This document shows positions 1 to 7,305 of a stretch of DNA of 64,000 nucleotides, in pieces (the first letter of the stretch is position 1; each line of letters opens with the position of its first letter). The stretch lies in assembly GCA_963771275.1 (NCBI GenBank), contig CAVYSW010000009.1, positions 160,001 to 224,000 of the forward strand. Direction: 5' to 3'. A program made the position numbers and the translations under genes. A model generated the notes under the pieces. It was given only the letters and a program-made list of their open reading frames with translations. It ran no database searches and was not told the DNA's origin. The stretch is from an uncultured Gemmatimonadales bacterium (GTDB taxonomy: Bacteria; Gemmatimonadota; Gemmatimonadetes; Gemmatimonadales; GWC2-71-9).

Positions 1-2
1 GC

Positions 3-950
3 CTGGCGTGCGTCGTCTACGAGATGCTGGTCGGCGAGACGCCCGGCATGTGGCCGAGTGACGAGGCCCTCCGGGTGGGACGGTTCCTCGACGCGTCTCC
101 CGCGCACCGCGAGCGGCTGGACGCCCTGCCAGGCCGCGTCGAGCAGACGCTGGTCCGCGCCCTGGCCATCCGGCCGGCCGATCGCTTCGCGACCCCCACG
201 GCGTTCGCCGAGGCGCTGACCGCCGCGTTCGCCCGGGGTCCCGCGCTCCCCGATGCGGAGGTGAGCCGGTTGCTGCGGCGGGCCGCGGAGCTCGAAGTGG
301 AGCATCCCACCAGAGAGGGCGCGCTGTCGATCGGCGGCGTCGAGCAGGTGGCGGCCGAGGTGGGCATCCCGCCGCTGCTGGTGCGCCAGGCCGCGCGGGA
401 GCTGGTGCGACCGACCGCCCACGTCCCGGCGGAGCCGGCCACGCGTCGCCGCGGGTTCTTTCCGAGCAGGCTGGTCATCGAGCACATGGTCGCGGGGCGG
501 ATCCCGGAGTCCGCGTACGAGAGCGTCGTGGAGGAGATCCAGCGCACGTTCGGGGTCGTGGGGATGGGGTCCACGCTCGGCCGCTCGCTCACCTGGACGG
601 GCATGCCCGGGGGTGGCTCGGGCCGCGACGTGCGCATCGCCATCACGCCCGAGGGCGATGGGACGCGGATCCACATCGAGGAGCATCTCGAGCTGCGCGG
701 CATCACCAAGGCGGCGCCCGGGCTTGGGGCGGCACTGGCCGGCGCGCTGGGCGCCGTGATCGCCGGTCTCCTGGGCGGGGGCGACGCTGCGGGGATCGGC
801 ATGCTCGTCGGCATGGCGCTCGGCATTCCCGGAGCGATCCGGTTCATCCTGGTGACGCAGGAGATGCAGCGCCAACCGCAGCTCGAGGAGCTGGCCGAGC
901 GGCTGGCGGCGCGGGCGGAGCGGGCGTTGCCGCCGGGGCGACAGGAGTAA
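3..950 (+). CDS. Ser/Thr protein kinase, C-terminal part (5' end outside window), with C-terminal membrane hairpin
   Basis: Frame is open from the window start: LACVVYEMLVGETP (kinase subdomain IX), RALAIRPADRF (subdomain XI), then two Gly/Ala-rich hydrophobic segments. Confidence 0.8.
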   Translation: MACVVYEMLVGETPGMWPSDEALRVGRFLDASPAHRERLDALPGRVEQTLVRALAIRPADRFATPTAFAEALTAAFARGPALPDAEVSRLLRRAAELEVEHPTREGALSIGGVEQVAAEVGIPPLLVRQAARELVRPTAHVPAEPATRRRGFFPSRLVIEHMVAGRIPESAYESVVEEIQRTFGVVGMGSTLGRSLTWTGMPGGGSGRDVRIAITPEGDGTRIHIEEHLELRGITKAAPGLGAALAGALGAVIAGLLGGGDAAGIGMLVGMALGIPGAIRFILVTQEMQRQPQLEELAERLAARAERALPPGRQE

Positions 951-979
951 CCGGTCGACCGCGCTGGGGGGTCGTCCAC

Positions 980-1143
980 GTGGCTGACGTCCCGGAGCGC
1001 CTGAGCGGAACCCTCGCTGGCCGCCACACGATCGAGCGCGAGCTCGGCCAAGGCGGGATGGCGACGGTCTAGCTCGCCCAGGACGCGAAGCACCACCGCC
1101 AGGTGGCGCTCAAGGTGAGGCGGCCTGGGCTTGCCCCCGTAGG
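980..1143 (+). pseudogene. Truncated N-terminal fragment of a Ser/Thr kinase with in-frame stop
   Basis: GTG at 980 reads MADVPERLSGTLAGRHTIERELGQGGMATV*LAQDAKHHRQVALKVRRPGLA; TAG at 1070-1072 replaces the Tyr/Phe of MATVYLA; kinase similarity ends near 1143. Confidence 0.85.
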
Positions 1144-1150
1144 AAGCAGG

Positions 1151-1186
1151 AGACAGAAAGGCCGGGCGACGACATGTCACCCGGCT
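1151..1186 (-). terminator. Intrinsic terminator downstream of the tRNA-like RNA
   Basis: Minus strand GCCGGGUGAC-AUGUC-GUCGCCCGGC followed by CUUUCUGUCU; the stem contains a G-U pair that forms only on the minus strand. Confidence 0.6.
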
Positions 1187-1275
1187 TTCTCTCAGCGTAG
1201 CGAAGCTGGCTACGCAGCGGCACTCCGTGGTGTCAACGTACGCTGTGCCTTCGACACCGTCAACGACGCGGCGGG

Positions 1276-1359
1276 TGCTGGCGGTGGGATTCGAACCCAC
1301 ACGGGCTCGCGCCCGACGGAGTGCCGCTCCGCTGCGTCTGCCAGTTGCGCCACGCCAGC
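1276..1359 (-). tRNA. tRNA-Leu-type cloverleaf with non-canonical anticodon loop (GCGGCAC, nominal anticodon GGC); pseudo-tRNA or tRNA-mimic domain
   Basis: GCTGGCG/CGCCAGC acceptor stem, A73, D-arm GCG-CAACTGGCAGA-CGC, anticodon stem GCGGA/TCCGT, variable arm CGGGC-GCGA-GCCCG, T-arm GTGGG-TTCGAAT-CCCAC; C33 instead of U33; CCC rather than CCA. Confidence 0.8.
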
Positions 1360-1593
1360 ACCCATACGACAGCGCACCATGGCAACCCGAGGGCAGAAGA
1401 CGTGGGAGATTGGACCCGTTGCCGACCGCACGGACACGGTAGCACGTGCGGTCTGGGGCGCCGGCACCGTTTCCTCGCCCGTGGGATCAGAAGGCCGCGG
1501 GAGGATCGTCAATGCCGCGCGGGCGCGGGAGCAGGAACGGGCGTGCGACGAGTAACCCCGTCCGGCTGTACCGGACTCACAAGGAGGTTCAGC

Positions 1594-1805
1594 ATGTCTG
1601 CGTTTCGCGCTGGCGTGCGCTCGGTCGTCCTCGCGACGATCGTCCCTGCGGCCTGCAGGCCGCAGGGGCCGGCGCCGCTGTCCGAGGCCGACAAGGCGGC
1701 ATGCAGCAGGTGGCCGATCAGGCCGTGGCGACGATGAAATCCCCCGCGCCGGATTGGCCGGCATTCGCGGCGGCTACGGCCGAGGGCCAGCGGCATCCGT
1801 GTTGA
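1594..1805 (+). pseudogene. Frameshifted, truncated lipoprotein remnant (possibly nuclear-transport-factor-2/DUF4440-like N-terminus)
   Basis: AAGGAGG RBS, then MSAFRAGVRSVVLATIVPAAC (lipobox-like) RPQGPAPLSEADKAA; continues in another frame as MQQVADQAVATMKSPAPDWPAFAA. Confidence 0.5.
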
Positions 1806-1830
1806 CTAGTCTGACTAGATCACCTATCAT
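1802..1830 (+). promoter_or_regulatory. Sigma70-type promoter with palindromic operator for the TA operon (leaderless transcript likely)
   Basis: TTGACT-17 nt-TATCAT, ATG 7 nt after the -10 box; overlapping palindromes GACTAGTC and CTAGTC-T-GACTAG. Confidence 0.75.
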
Positions 1831-1836
1831 GGCCGC

Positions 1837-2121
1837 ATGCGTGAGACCCGGGACACCTACTCGCTGTACGAGGCCAAGGCCAAGCTCTCGGCCATCATTC
1901 GCCGCGTCCGGGAGGGGCGACGGGTCCTCGTGACCGTCCACGGCGAGCCGGTCGCCGAGATCCGGCCGGTCGAGCAGCACGCGGGCGACCTCACGGCCCG
2001 GCTGGAACGGCTCCTCGAGAGCCGCATCGTCATCCCCGCCGAGCGCGGGGCCGCGGCGCTCCGGCCGGTGGCGCGGAAGCCCGGTGCGCTCGCGCGGTTC
2101 CTCGCCGACCGCGACGCGTGA
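1837..2121 (+). CDS. Type II antitoxin, Phd/YefM family
   Basis: YSLYEAKAKLSAIIRRVREGRRVLVTVHGEPVAEIRP motif; 4-nt overlap with a PIN gene. Confidence 0.9.
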   Translation: MRETRDTYSLYEAKAKLSAIIRRVREGRRVLVTVHGEPVAEIRPVEQHAGDLTARLERLLESRIVIPAERGAAALRPVARKPGALARFLADRDA

Positions 2122-2498
2122 ACATCGCCTACGTGGATACGTCGTGTCTCGTCGCCGTCGCGTTCGGCGAGCGGGGCGCCACGGCCATGGCCCGCCGGCT
2201 CGAGAGGTTCGACGTGCTGGTGGCGTCCGACCTGCTCGAGGCCGAGCTGCGGGGCGCGTTCCTGCGGGAGGGGGTGGAGCAGGAACCCGAGATGCTGGGC
2301 GCGATCTCCTGGATCGTGCCCGACCGGCCGCTGCACGCGGAGATCACGCGGGTGCTGGACACCGGATACATGCGGGGCGCCGACTGCTGGCACCTGGCCG
2401 CCGCGCTGTACCTCGCGGAAGACCCCGCGGCGATCAGTTTCCTGACACTCGACGAGCGTCAGGCTGCCGTGGCGAAGACCCTCGGCTTCCACCCATAG
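2118..2498 (+). CDS. Type II toxin, PIN domain (VapC-like)
   Basis: AYVDTS...EAE...RGADCWHLAAA...FLTLDERQ acidic PIN residues. Confidence 0.9.
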   Translation: MNIAYVDTSCLVAVAFGERGATAMARRLERFDVLVASDLLEAELRGAFLREGVEQEPEMLGAISWIVPDRPLHAEITRVLDTGYMRGADCWHLAAALYLAEDPAAISFLTLDERQAAVAKTLGFHP

Positions 2499-2537
2499 GC
2501 GGGAACCGGGCCGGCATCACCTCAGTCCCTTCCCTTC

Positions 2538-3704
2538 TCACTTTTCACGTCTGCTCCACGCCTCCAGCATCTCCCGCTCCTGCGCCGCCGTCAACACGTA
2601 GCGCGGTTGATCCCGCAGCGCCTGCGGCACGGCGTCCGACCCCCGCCAGGCGAGCGTGTCCGCCGCCGTGGCGGCGAGCGGCCGGAACGTGAGCCCCGCG
2701 GCGATCGCGCGCCGGCCGTCGATCTGCATGTGGCCGAGCTCGGTCCCCTCCGCCATGATCCACGGCACCGCGTAGCTGAGGCCGCGCGGCGTGCCGTCGC
2801 TGCCGCGCCGCAGTGGATACGCCCTGAGCCAGGCGTAGTCCTCGATCCACGTCCAGGACAGGGGGACCGGCGTGATCGCCGCGACGCCGTAGACGAACTG
2901 CTCCATCGTCTGCCGCCGTGCGGGGCCCACGGCGTTGAACGTCCCGCCGACGCCGCCCTCGAGCAATCGGATCATCCACTCGGTGAGGTCGCGCACGTCC
3001 ACCTGTTGCGTGGGATCGGTCTTCCGGCCGGGGACCAGGATCTCGCCCCCGCGGGCGATCCGCACCGGCCAGTAGGTCCACCGGTCGCTCGTGTCGCCGG
3101 GACCGACGATGTAGCCGGGCCGCACGATCAGCGCCCCGTCGCCGAACGCGCTGCGCACCTCATTCTCGCTCAGCCCCTTCATGACGCCGTAGCTCGGCGG
3201 GTCCTGCGGCGGCTCGTCCACGAGGCGCACGCGACCGTCCTCGGCGATGTCGGTCGTGTGATACGGCCAGTACACGCCGGTCGAGGACACGTACAGGTAC
3301 CGGCCGACCGACCCCTTGAGCATTCGCGCCGATTCCCGGGTCCACGGGTGCTGGTAGCCCGAGGTCTCGATCACGGCGTCCCAGGTGCGGCCTCGCAGGG
3401 CGGCGAGCCCGTCGGGCGCCGCGCGGTCGCCGATCAGGTGCTCGACGCCGGCGAAGTCCTCCTCGTACAGCGACGGCTCGCGCCGTCCGCGCGTGAAGAT
3501 CGCAAGACGATGCCCCCGCTGCACGGCGGCGTGCACGAGATGCGGCCCGAGGAACCCGGTCCCGCCGAGGATCAGGATGCGGAGCGGCGCTCCGGGCCGA
3601 GACGGCGGCCCGGCTGCGGCGCGGTCCGTGAGCAGCAGGCTGCCGAGCACCGCGCCGGCTCCCGCGCCGGCCAGGTCCTGGACGAAACGACGACGGCTGG
3701 GCAT
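2538..3704 (-). CDS. NAD-dependent epimerase/dehydratase (isoflavone-reductase-like SDR) with twin-arginine signal
   Basis: MPSRRRFV Tat motif; ILILGGTGFLG Rossmann motif; YGVMK catalytic YxxxK. Confidence 0.85.
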   Translation of the reverse strand: MPSRRRFVQDLAGAGAGAVLGSLLLTDRAAAGPPSRPGAPLRILILGGTGFLGPHLVHAAVQRGHRLAIFTRGRREPSLYEEDFAGVEHLIGDRAAPDGLAALRGRTWDAVIETSGYQHPWTRESARMLKGSVGRYLYVSSTGVYWPYHTTDIAEDGRVRLVDEPPQDPPSYGVMKGLSENEVRSAFGDGALIVRPGYIVGPGDTSDRWTYWPVRIARGGEILVPGRKTDPTQQVDVRDLTEWMIRLLEGGVGGTFNAVGPARRQTMEQFVYGVAAITPVPLSWTWIEDYAWLRAYPLRRGSDGTPRGLSYAVPWIMAEGTELGHMQIDGRRAIAAGLTFRPLAATAADTLAWRGSDAVPQALRDQPRYVLTAAQEREMLEAWSRREK

Positions 3705-3882
3705 GTGATCTCCTCGTGATGGACAACCGCACGCGGGCCGGCGGTACCAGGCACCGCGCGCCGGATTCTGAGCGTTTCACGCTCGATCGGCAAGTCGGCG
3801 AGCCCGCTCTTGTCCCCGCGTGCACCGCGCCGTATTGATCCCCGACGCCGTGGCCCTGACCTCGCGACCGGAGACCGGCTCG

Positions 3883-5391
3883 ATGGCAAAGGTGGACATC
3901 TTCCGCGACTACTCCCCCACGTTCTGGACCGCCAACGGCATGGAGCTGTTCGAGCGGGCCGCCTACTACGGCATGAACTCGATCCTGGCGGGCTACCTCA
4001 CCCTCGCCGTGGCGGAGGGCGGGCTGGGATTCAGCACGCAGGCCGTGGGTTTCCTGCAGGGCATCGTCTACGCGTTCACCTACATCTTCCCGATCCTCGG
4101 CGGCGCCCTGGCGGACCGCTACGGCTACCGGCGGATGCTGCTGGTCGCCTTCAGCCTGCTCGCGACGGGCTACTTCGCGGCGGGCCACGCGTCCGTCTAT
4201 GCGCTCGTGTTCCTGGCCCTGCTGGTCATGGCGACCGGCTCCGGCCTGTTCAAGCCGATCATCACCGGTACGATCGCCCGCACCACCGACGAGCGCACCT
4301 CCGCGTTCGGCTTCGGCATCTACTACTGGATGATCAACCTCGGCGCCTTCTTGGCCCCGCTCATCGTGAGCGTGCTCAAGGGATTCGACTGGAAGTACGT
4401 GTTCATGGCGTCGTCGGCCTACTGCGCCGCCATGCTGCTCCCCGCGACCTTCGTGTTCCGCGAGCCCGCCCGCCCCCAGAGCACCAAGCAGCTGCGCGAG
4501 GTGCTGGCGGGCGCGGCGGAAGTGCTGGGCGACGCCCGGTTCATGCTGATGGTCGTGGTCTACTCGGTGTTCTGGATCCTCTATTTCCAGACGTTCGGCT
4601 CGGTCCTGTGGTACCTGCGGGACGTGATCGACAAGGAGCCGGTGAGCGCCGCGCTGACGTCGCTGCTCCACGGCATCGGCCTCCCCGTCACGTTCCGCTT
4701 CGACATCGAGCACGTGACGGTGATCAACGCGGGCACGATCGTGCTGCTGCAGGTCATCGTGAGCCGGCTGGTGGCCACCCGGCCGGCGCTGCCCACCATG
4801 GTCACCGGCATGCTGATCGGGGCCGGCGGGTTCGTGCTGCTCGCGCTGTCGCACAACCCGTGGGTGTTCGTGGCGGGCATTGCGGTCTTCTCGATCGGCG
4901 AGATGACGGCGCAACCCAAGTACTACAGCTTCATCGGCCTCGTGGCCCCGCAGGACCGCAAGGCCGTCTACATGGGCTACGCCTTCCTCTACGGCGTGTT
5001 CGGCTCCCTGCTCGGCTCCAACCTCGGTGCGTTCATGTACGCCCGGATGATCGAACCGGTGCTCGGCACCGCCGCCGTGGGTGGCCGGACGACGATCTTC
5101 TGGCTGATCTTCACCGCGCTCGACATCTGTGCGGCCGGTGGGCTCATCGTGTTTTCCCACAGGTTCGGCACGGACACGCCGGCCACCCGCCTGCGCGCGG
5201 CCCACACCATGCGTGTAGTCTACGCGCTCATCACGCTGCTGGGCGCCGGGTTCCTGGTGGTCGGCCTGAGCGACAGCCCGGTGCAGGTCCGGACGGTCGT
5301 GCAGTCGCTGATCTTCATCGCGCTCGGCCTGGGGGGGATCGTCATCAACCAGCGGGCGCTGGGGGCGGCGCGCGGCGCCACGATCGGCTGA
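3883..5391 (+). CDS. POT/PTR-family MFS peptide transporter
   Basis: ELFERAAYYG (ExxERxxYY), GGALADRYG, YWMINLGA; many TM helices; ATG at 3883 preferred. Confidence 0.85.
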   Translation: MAKVDIFRDYSPTFWTANGMELFERAAYYGMNSILAGYLTLAVAEGGLGFSTQAVGFLQGIVYAFTYIFPILGGALADRYGYRRMLLVAFSLLATGYFAAGHASVYALVFLALLVMATGSGLFKPIITGTIARTTDERTSAFGFGIYYWMINLGAFLAPLIVSVLKGFDWKYVFMASSAYCAAMLLPATFVFREPARPQSTKQLREVLAGAAEVLGDARFMLMVVVYSVFWILYFQTFGSVLWYLRDVIDKEPVSAALTSLLHGIGLPVTFRFDIEHVTVINAGTIVLLQVIVSRLVATRPALPTMVTGMLIGAGGFVLLALSHNPWVFVAGIAVFSIGEMTAQPKYYSFIGLVAPQDRKAVYMGYAFLYGVFGSLLGSNLGAFMYARMIEPVLGTAAVGGRTTIFWLIFTALDICAAGGLIVFSHRFGTDTPATRLRAAHTMRVVYALITLLGAGFLVVGLSDSPVQVRTVVQSLIFIALGLGGIVINQRALGAARGATIG

Positions 5392-5410
5392 TCCCCCGGC
5401 CGCTTTGCCG

Positions 5411-5965
5411 TTATTCCCACGACACCCGATAGCGACAGACCGTGCCGCCCGCCGCCCGGCACTCTTCCTCGATCACCTTGACCCCGCTACAACCGGTCAG
5501 CTCGAGCGCCTTGCGATACCAGCCGATCACGGTGAGGCAATCGGGCTTGCTGAAGGTCTCGGCATCGTGCGTGGTGAGCACGCCTTCCTTGTCGCCGATC
5601 CGCTGGTACTCACGCCGGCCCGTCCGGTAATACGTGGCGTAGATCGCCGGGGCCATGCTCAGAAAGCGCTGCGGGTCTCCCGGCACGAGGAAGCTCTTGT
5701 GCGGCCCGGTGAGGTTCTTCACCGCCGACGCCGCGCCCAGCTGCTCGAAGAAGTCCGGCCGGCCGGCGCCCAGGATCTTGACGATCGCTTCGTCGAGGTG
5801 CTTCCCCACCTCGAATGGGTACCAGCCGACGGGCGTCAACGCCTTGAGCGTCGATTGATCCTCGGGCGGCAGGGTGCCCAGGACCCGCGCCACCACCTCG
5901 GCACCGCCGTGATCCTCGACGAACGCGAGCCGCGCCTTGAGCACCCCACCTTTCACCTCTTGCAT
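5411..5965 (-). CDS. Conserved hypothetical protein, DUF2378/V4R-like fold
   Basis: VKGGVL...GWYPF...C-terminal ECRAAGGTVCRYRVSW; AGGAGG RBS before ATG 5965. Confidence 0.6.
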   Translation of the reverse strand: MQEVKGGVLKARLAFVEDHGGAEVVARVLGTLPPEDQSTLKALTPVGWYPFEVGKHLDEAIVKILGAGRPDFFEQLGAASAVKNLTGPHKSFLVPGDPQRFLSMAPAIYATYYRTGRREYQRIGDKEGVLTTHDAETFSKPDCLTVIGWYRKALELTGCSGVKVIEEECRAAGGTVCRYRVSWE

Positions 5966-5973
5966 CGCCCCTC

Positions 5974-6036
5974 CTCTGCCGCCTCTGCCGCTCCCGCCGC
6001 TCTGCACGCTGCACGCTGCACGCTACACGCTGCACG
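5974..6036. repeat. Intergenic tandem repeats: ~3x 9-mer (CTCTGCCGC-like) followed by 5x heptamer CTGCACG
   Basis: 6002-6036 = CTGCACG x3, CTACACG, CTGCACG, abutting the stop codon of the acyl-CoA dehydrogenase. Confidence 0.85.
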
Positions 6037-7215
6037 CTACTCCCCCGCCCCGGCCGCCTCCCTGAGCAGCGCCCGCGCGATCACGAGCCGCTGGATCTGG
6101 TTCGTCCCCTCGTAGATCTGCGTGATCTTGGCATCGCGCATGTACTTCTCGATCGGGAAGTCCTTGCAGTAGCCGTAGCCGCCGAACAGCTGCACGGCGT
6201 CGGTCGTCACCTTCATCGCCACGTCGGTGGCCATCAGCTTACACATGGCGGAGACCTTGGTGATGTTCTTGGCACCCGAGTCGATCACGCGCGCGGCGTG
6301 ATGCACCAGGGCCCGGGCCGCCTCGATCTGGGTCGCCATGTCGGACAGCATCCACTGGATCCCCTGGAACGAGCTCACCGACTGGCCGAACTGCTTGCGC
6401 TGGTGGGTGTACTGGATCGCCAGGTCGAGGGCGCCCTGCGCGAGCCCGACCGCCTGCGACGCGACCCCCGGGCGGGCCCGGTCGAGCGTCACCATCGCGT
6501 GCTTGAAGCCGTGGCCCTCGTCGCCGCCAAGCAGGTTCGCCTTGGGAACGCGGCAGTTCTCCAGGTGGATCTCGACCACCGGGACGCAGCGGATCCCCAT
6601 CTTGTCCTCGTGCTTGCCCACGCGGTAGCCCGGCGTGCCCGCTTCGACCACGAACGCCGAGATACCGCGGGCGCCCCGGCCCGGCTCCGTCACCGCGAAG
6701 ATCGTGTTGTATGACGCGACCGCGCCGCCCGTGTTCCACTTCTTCTCGCCGTTCAGCACGTACGCGTCGCCGTCCCGCTCGCCGCGCGTGGTCATGGAGC
6801 CGGCATCGGAGCCCGAGTCCTTCTCCGACAGCCCGAACGCGATGAGCTTCTCGCCGGCCGCGATCCCCGGCAGCCAGCGCCGCTTCTGCTCGTCGGTGCC
6901 GCCCACGATGATCGGAAACGAGCCGAGCGCGTTCACGGCGTAGCCCACGCCCATCCCGCCGCAGGCGCGGGAGAACTCCTCGACCACGATGCACAGGTCG
7001 AGCACGCCGCCACCCATGCCGCCGTACTCTCGCGGGACCCAGACGCCGGAGAGGCCGGCGTCCTTGATCGCCTGCTGGACTTCCCACGGATAGGTCTGCT
7101 CGACGTCGTATTTCGCCGCGACCGGCCGCATGACCGTGTCGGCCAGCTCGCGGGCGCGCTGTCGCAGTTCCATCTGCTGGGGCGTGTAGAGCTCTTTGAT
7201 CATCGTTCCGCTCAC
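6037..7215 (-). CDS. Acyl-CoA dehydrogenase
   Basis: AFGLSEKDSGSDA, LNGEKKW, RKQFG, GGYGY, RDAKITQIYEGTNQIQR; start may be ATG 7203. Confidence 0.95.
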   Translation of the reverse strand: MSGTMIKELYTPQQMELRQRARELADTVMRPVAAKYDVEQTYPWEVQQAIKDAGLSGVWVPREYGGMGGGVLDLCIVVEEFSRACGGMGVGYAVNALGSFPIIVGGTDEQKRRWLPGIAAGEKLIAFGLSEKDSGSDAGSMTTRGERDGDAYVLNGEKKWNTGGAVASYNTIFAVTEPGRGARGISAFVVEAGTPGYRVGKHEDKMGIRCVPVVEIHLENCRVPKANLLGGDEGHGFKHAMVTLDRARPGVASQAVGLAQGALDLAIQYTHQRKQFGQSVSSFQGIQWMLSDMATQIEAARALVHHAARVIDSGAKNITKVSAMCKLMATDVAMKVTTDAVQLFGGYGYCKDFPIEKYMRDAKITQIYEGTNQIQRLVIARALLREAAGAGE

Positions 7216-7305
7216 CTGTTCAGTTGTGCCGGGTCTGGGCGGCTGGCGATCCGCCGGGCAGAAAGGTATGCGGTCCCACCGCTCCGCGCGCCCTCCGCAG
7301 CCGCG

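Noticed and set aside
952..961. CGGTCGACCG palindrome also present at the 30485 junction
   Set aside because: A 10-bp GC-rich palindrome can recur by chance; no other shared context
1276..1359. Selenocysteine tRNA, allo-tRNA, tmRNA or Y RNA
   Set aside because: Standard 7/5 acceptor/T geometry, no UCA anticodon, no G3:U70 or tag ORF, not permuted, and no Ro60/rtcB nearby
1837..2537. Integron cassette carrying the TA pair
   Set aside because: No attC-like RYYYAAC/GTTRRRY inverted cores and no integrase seen
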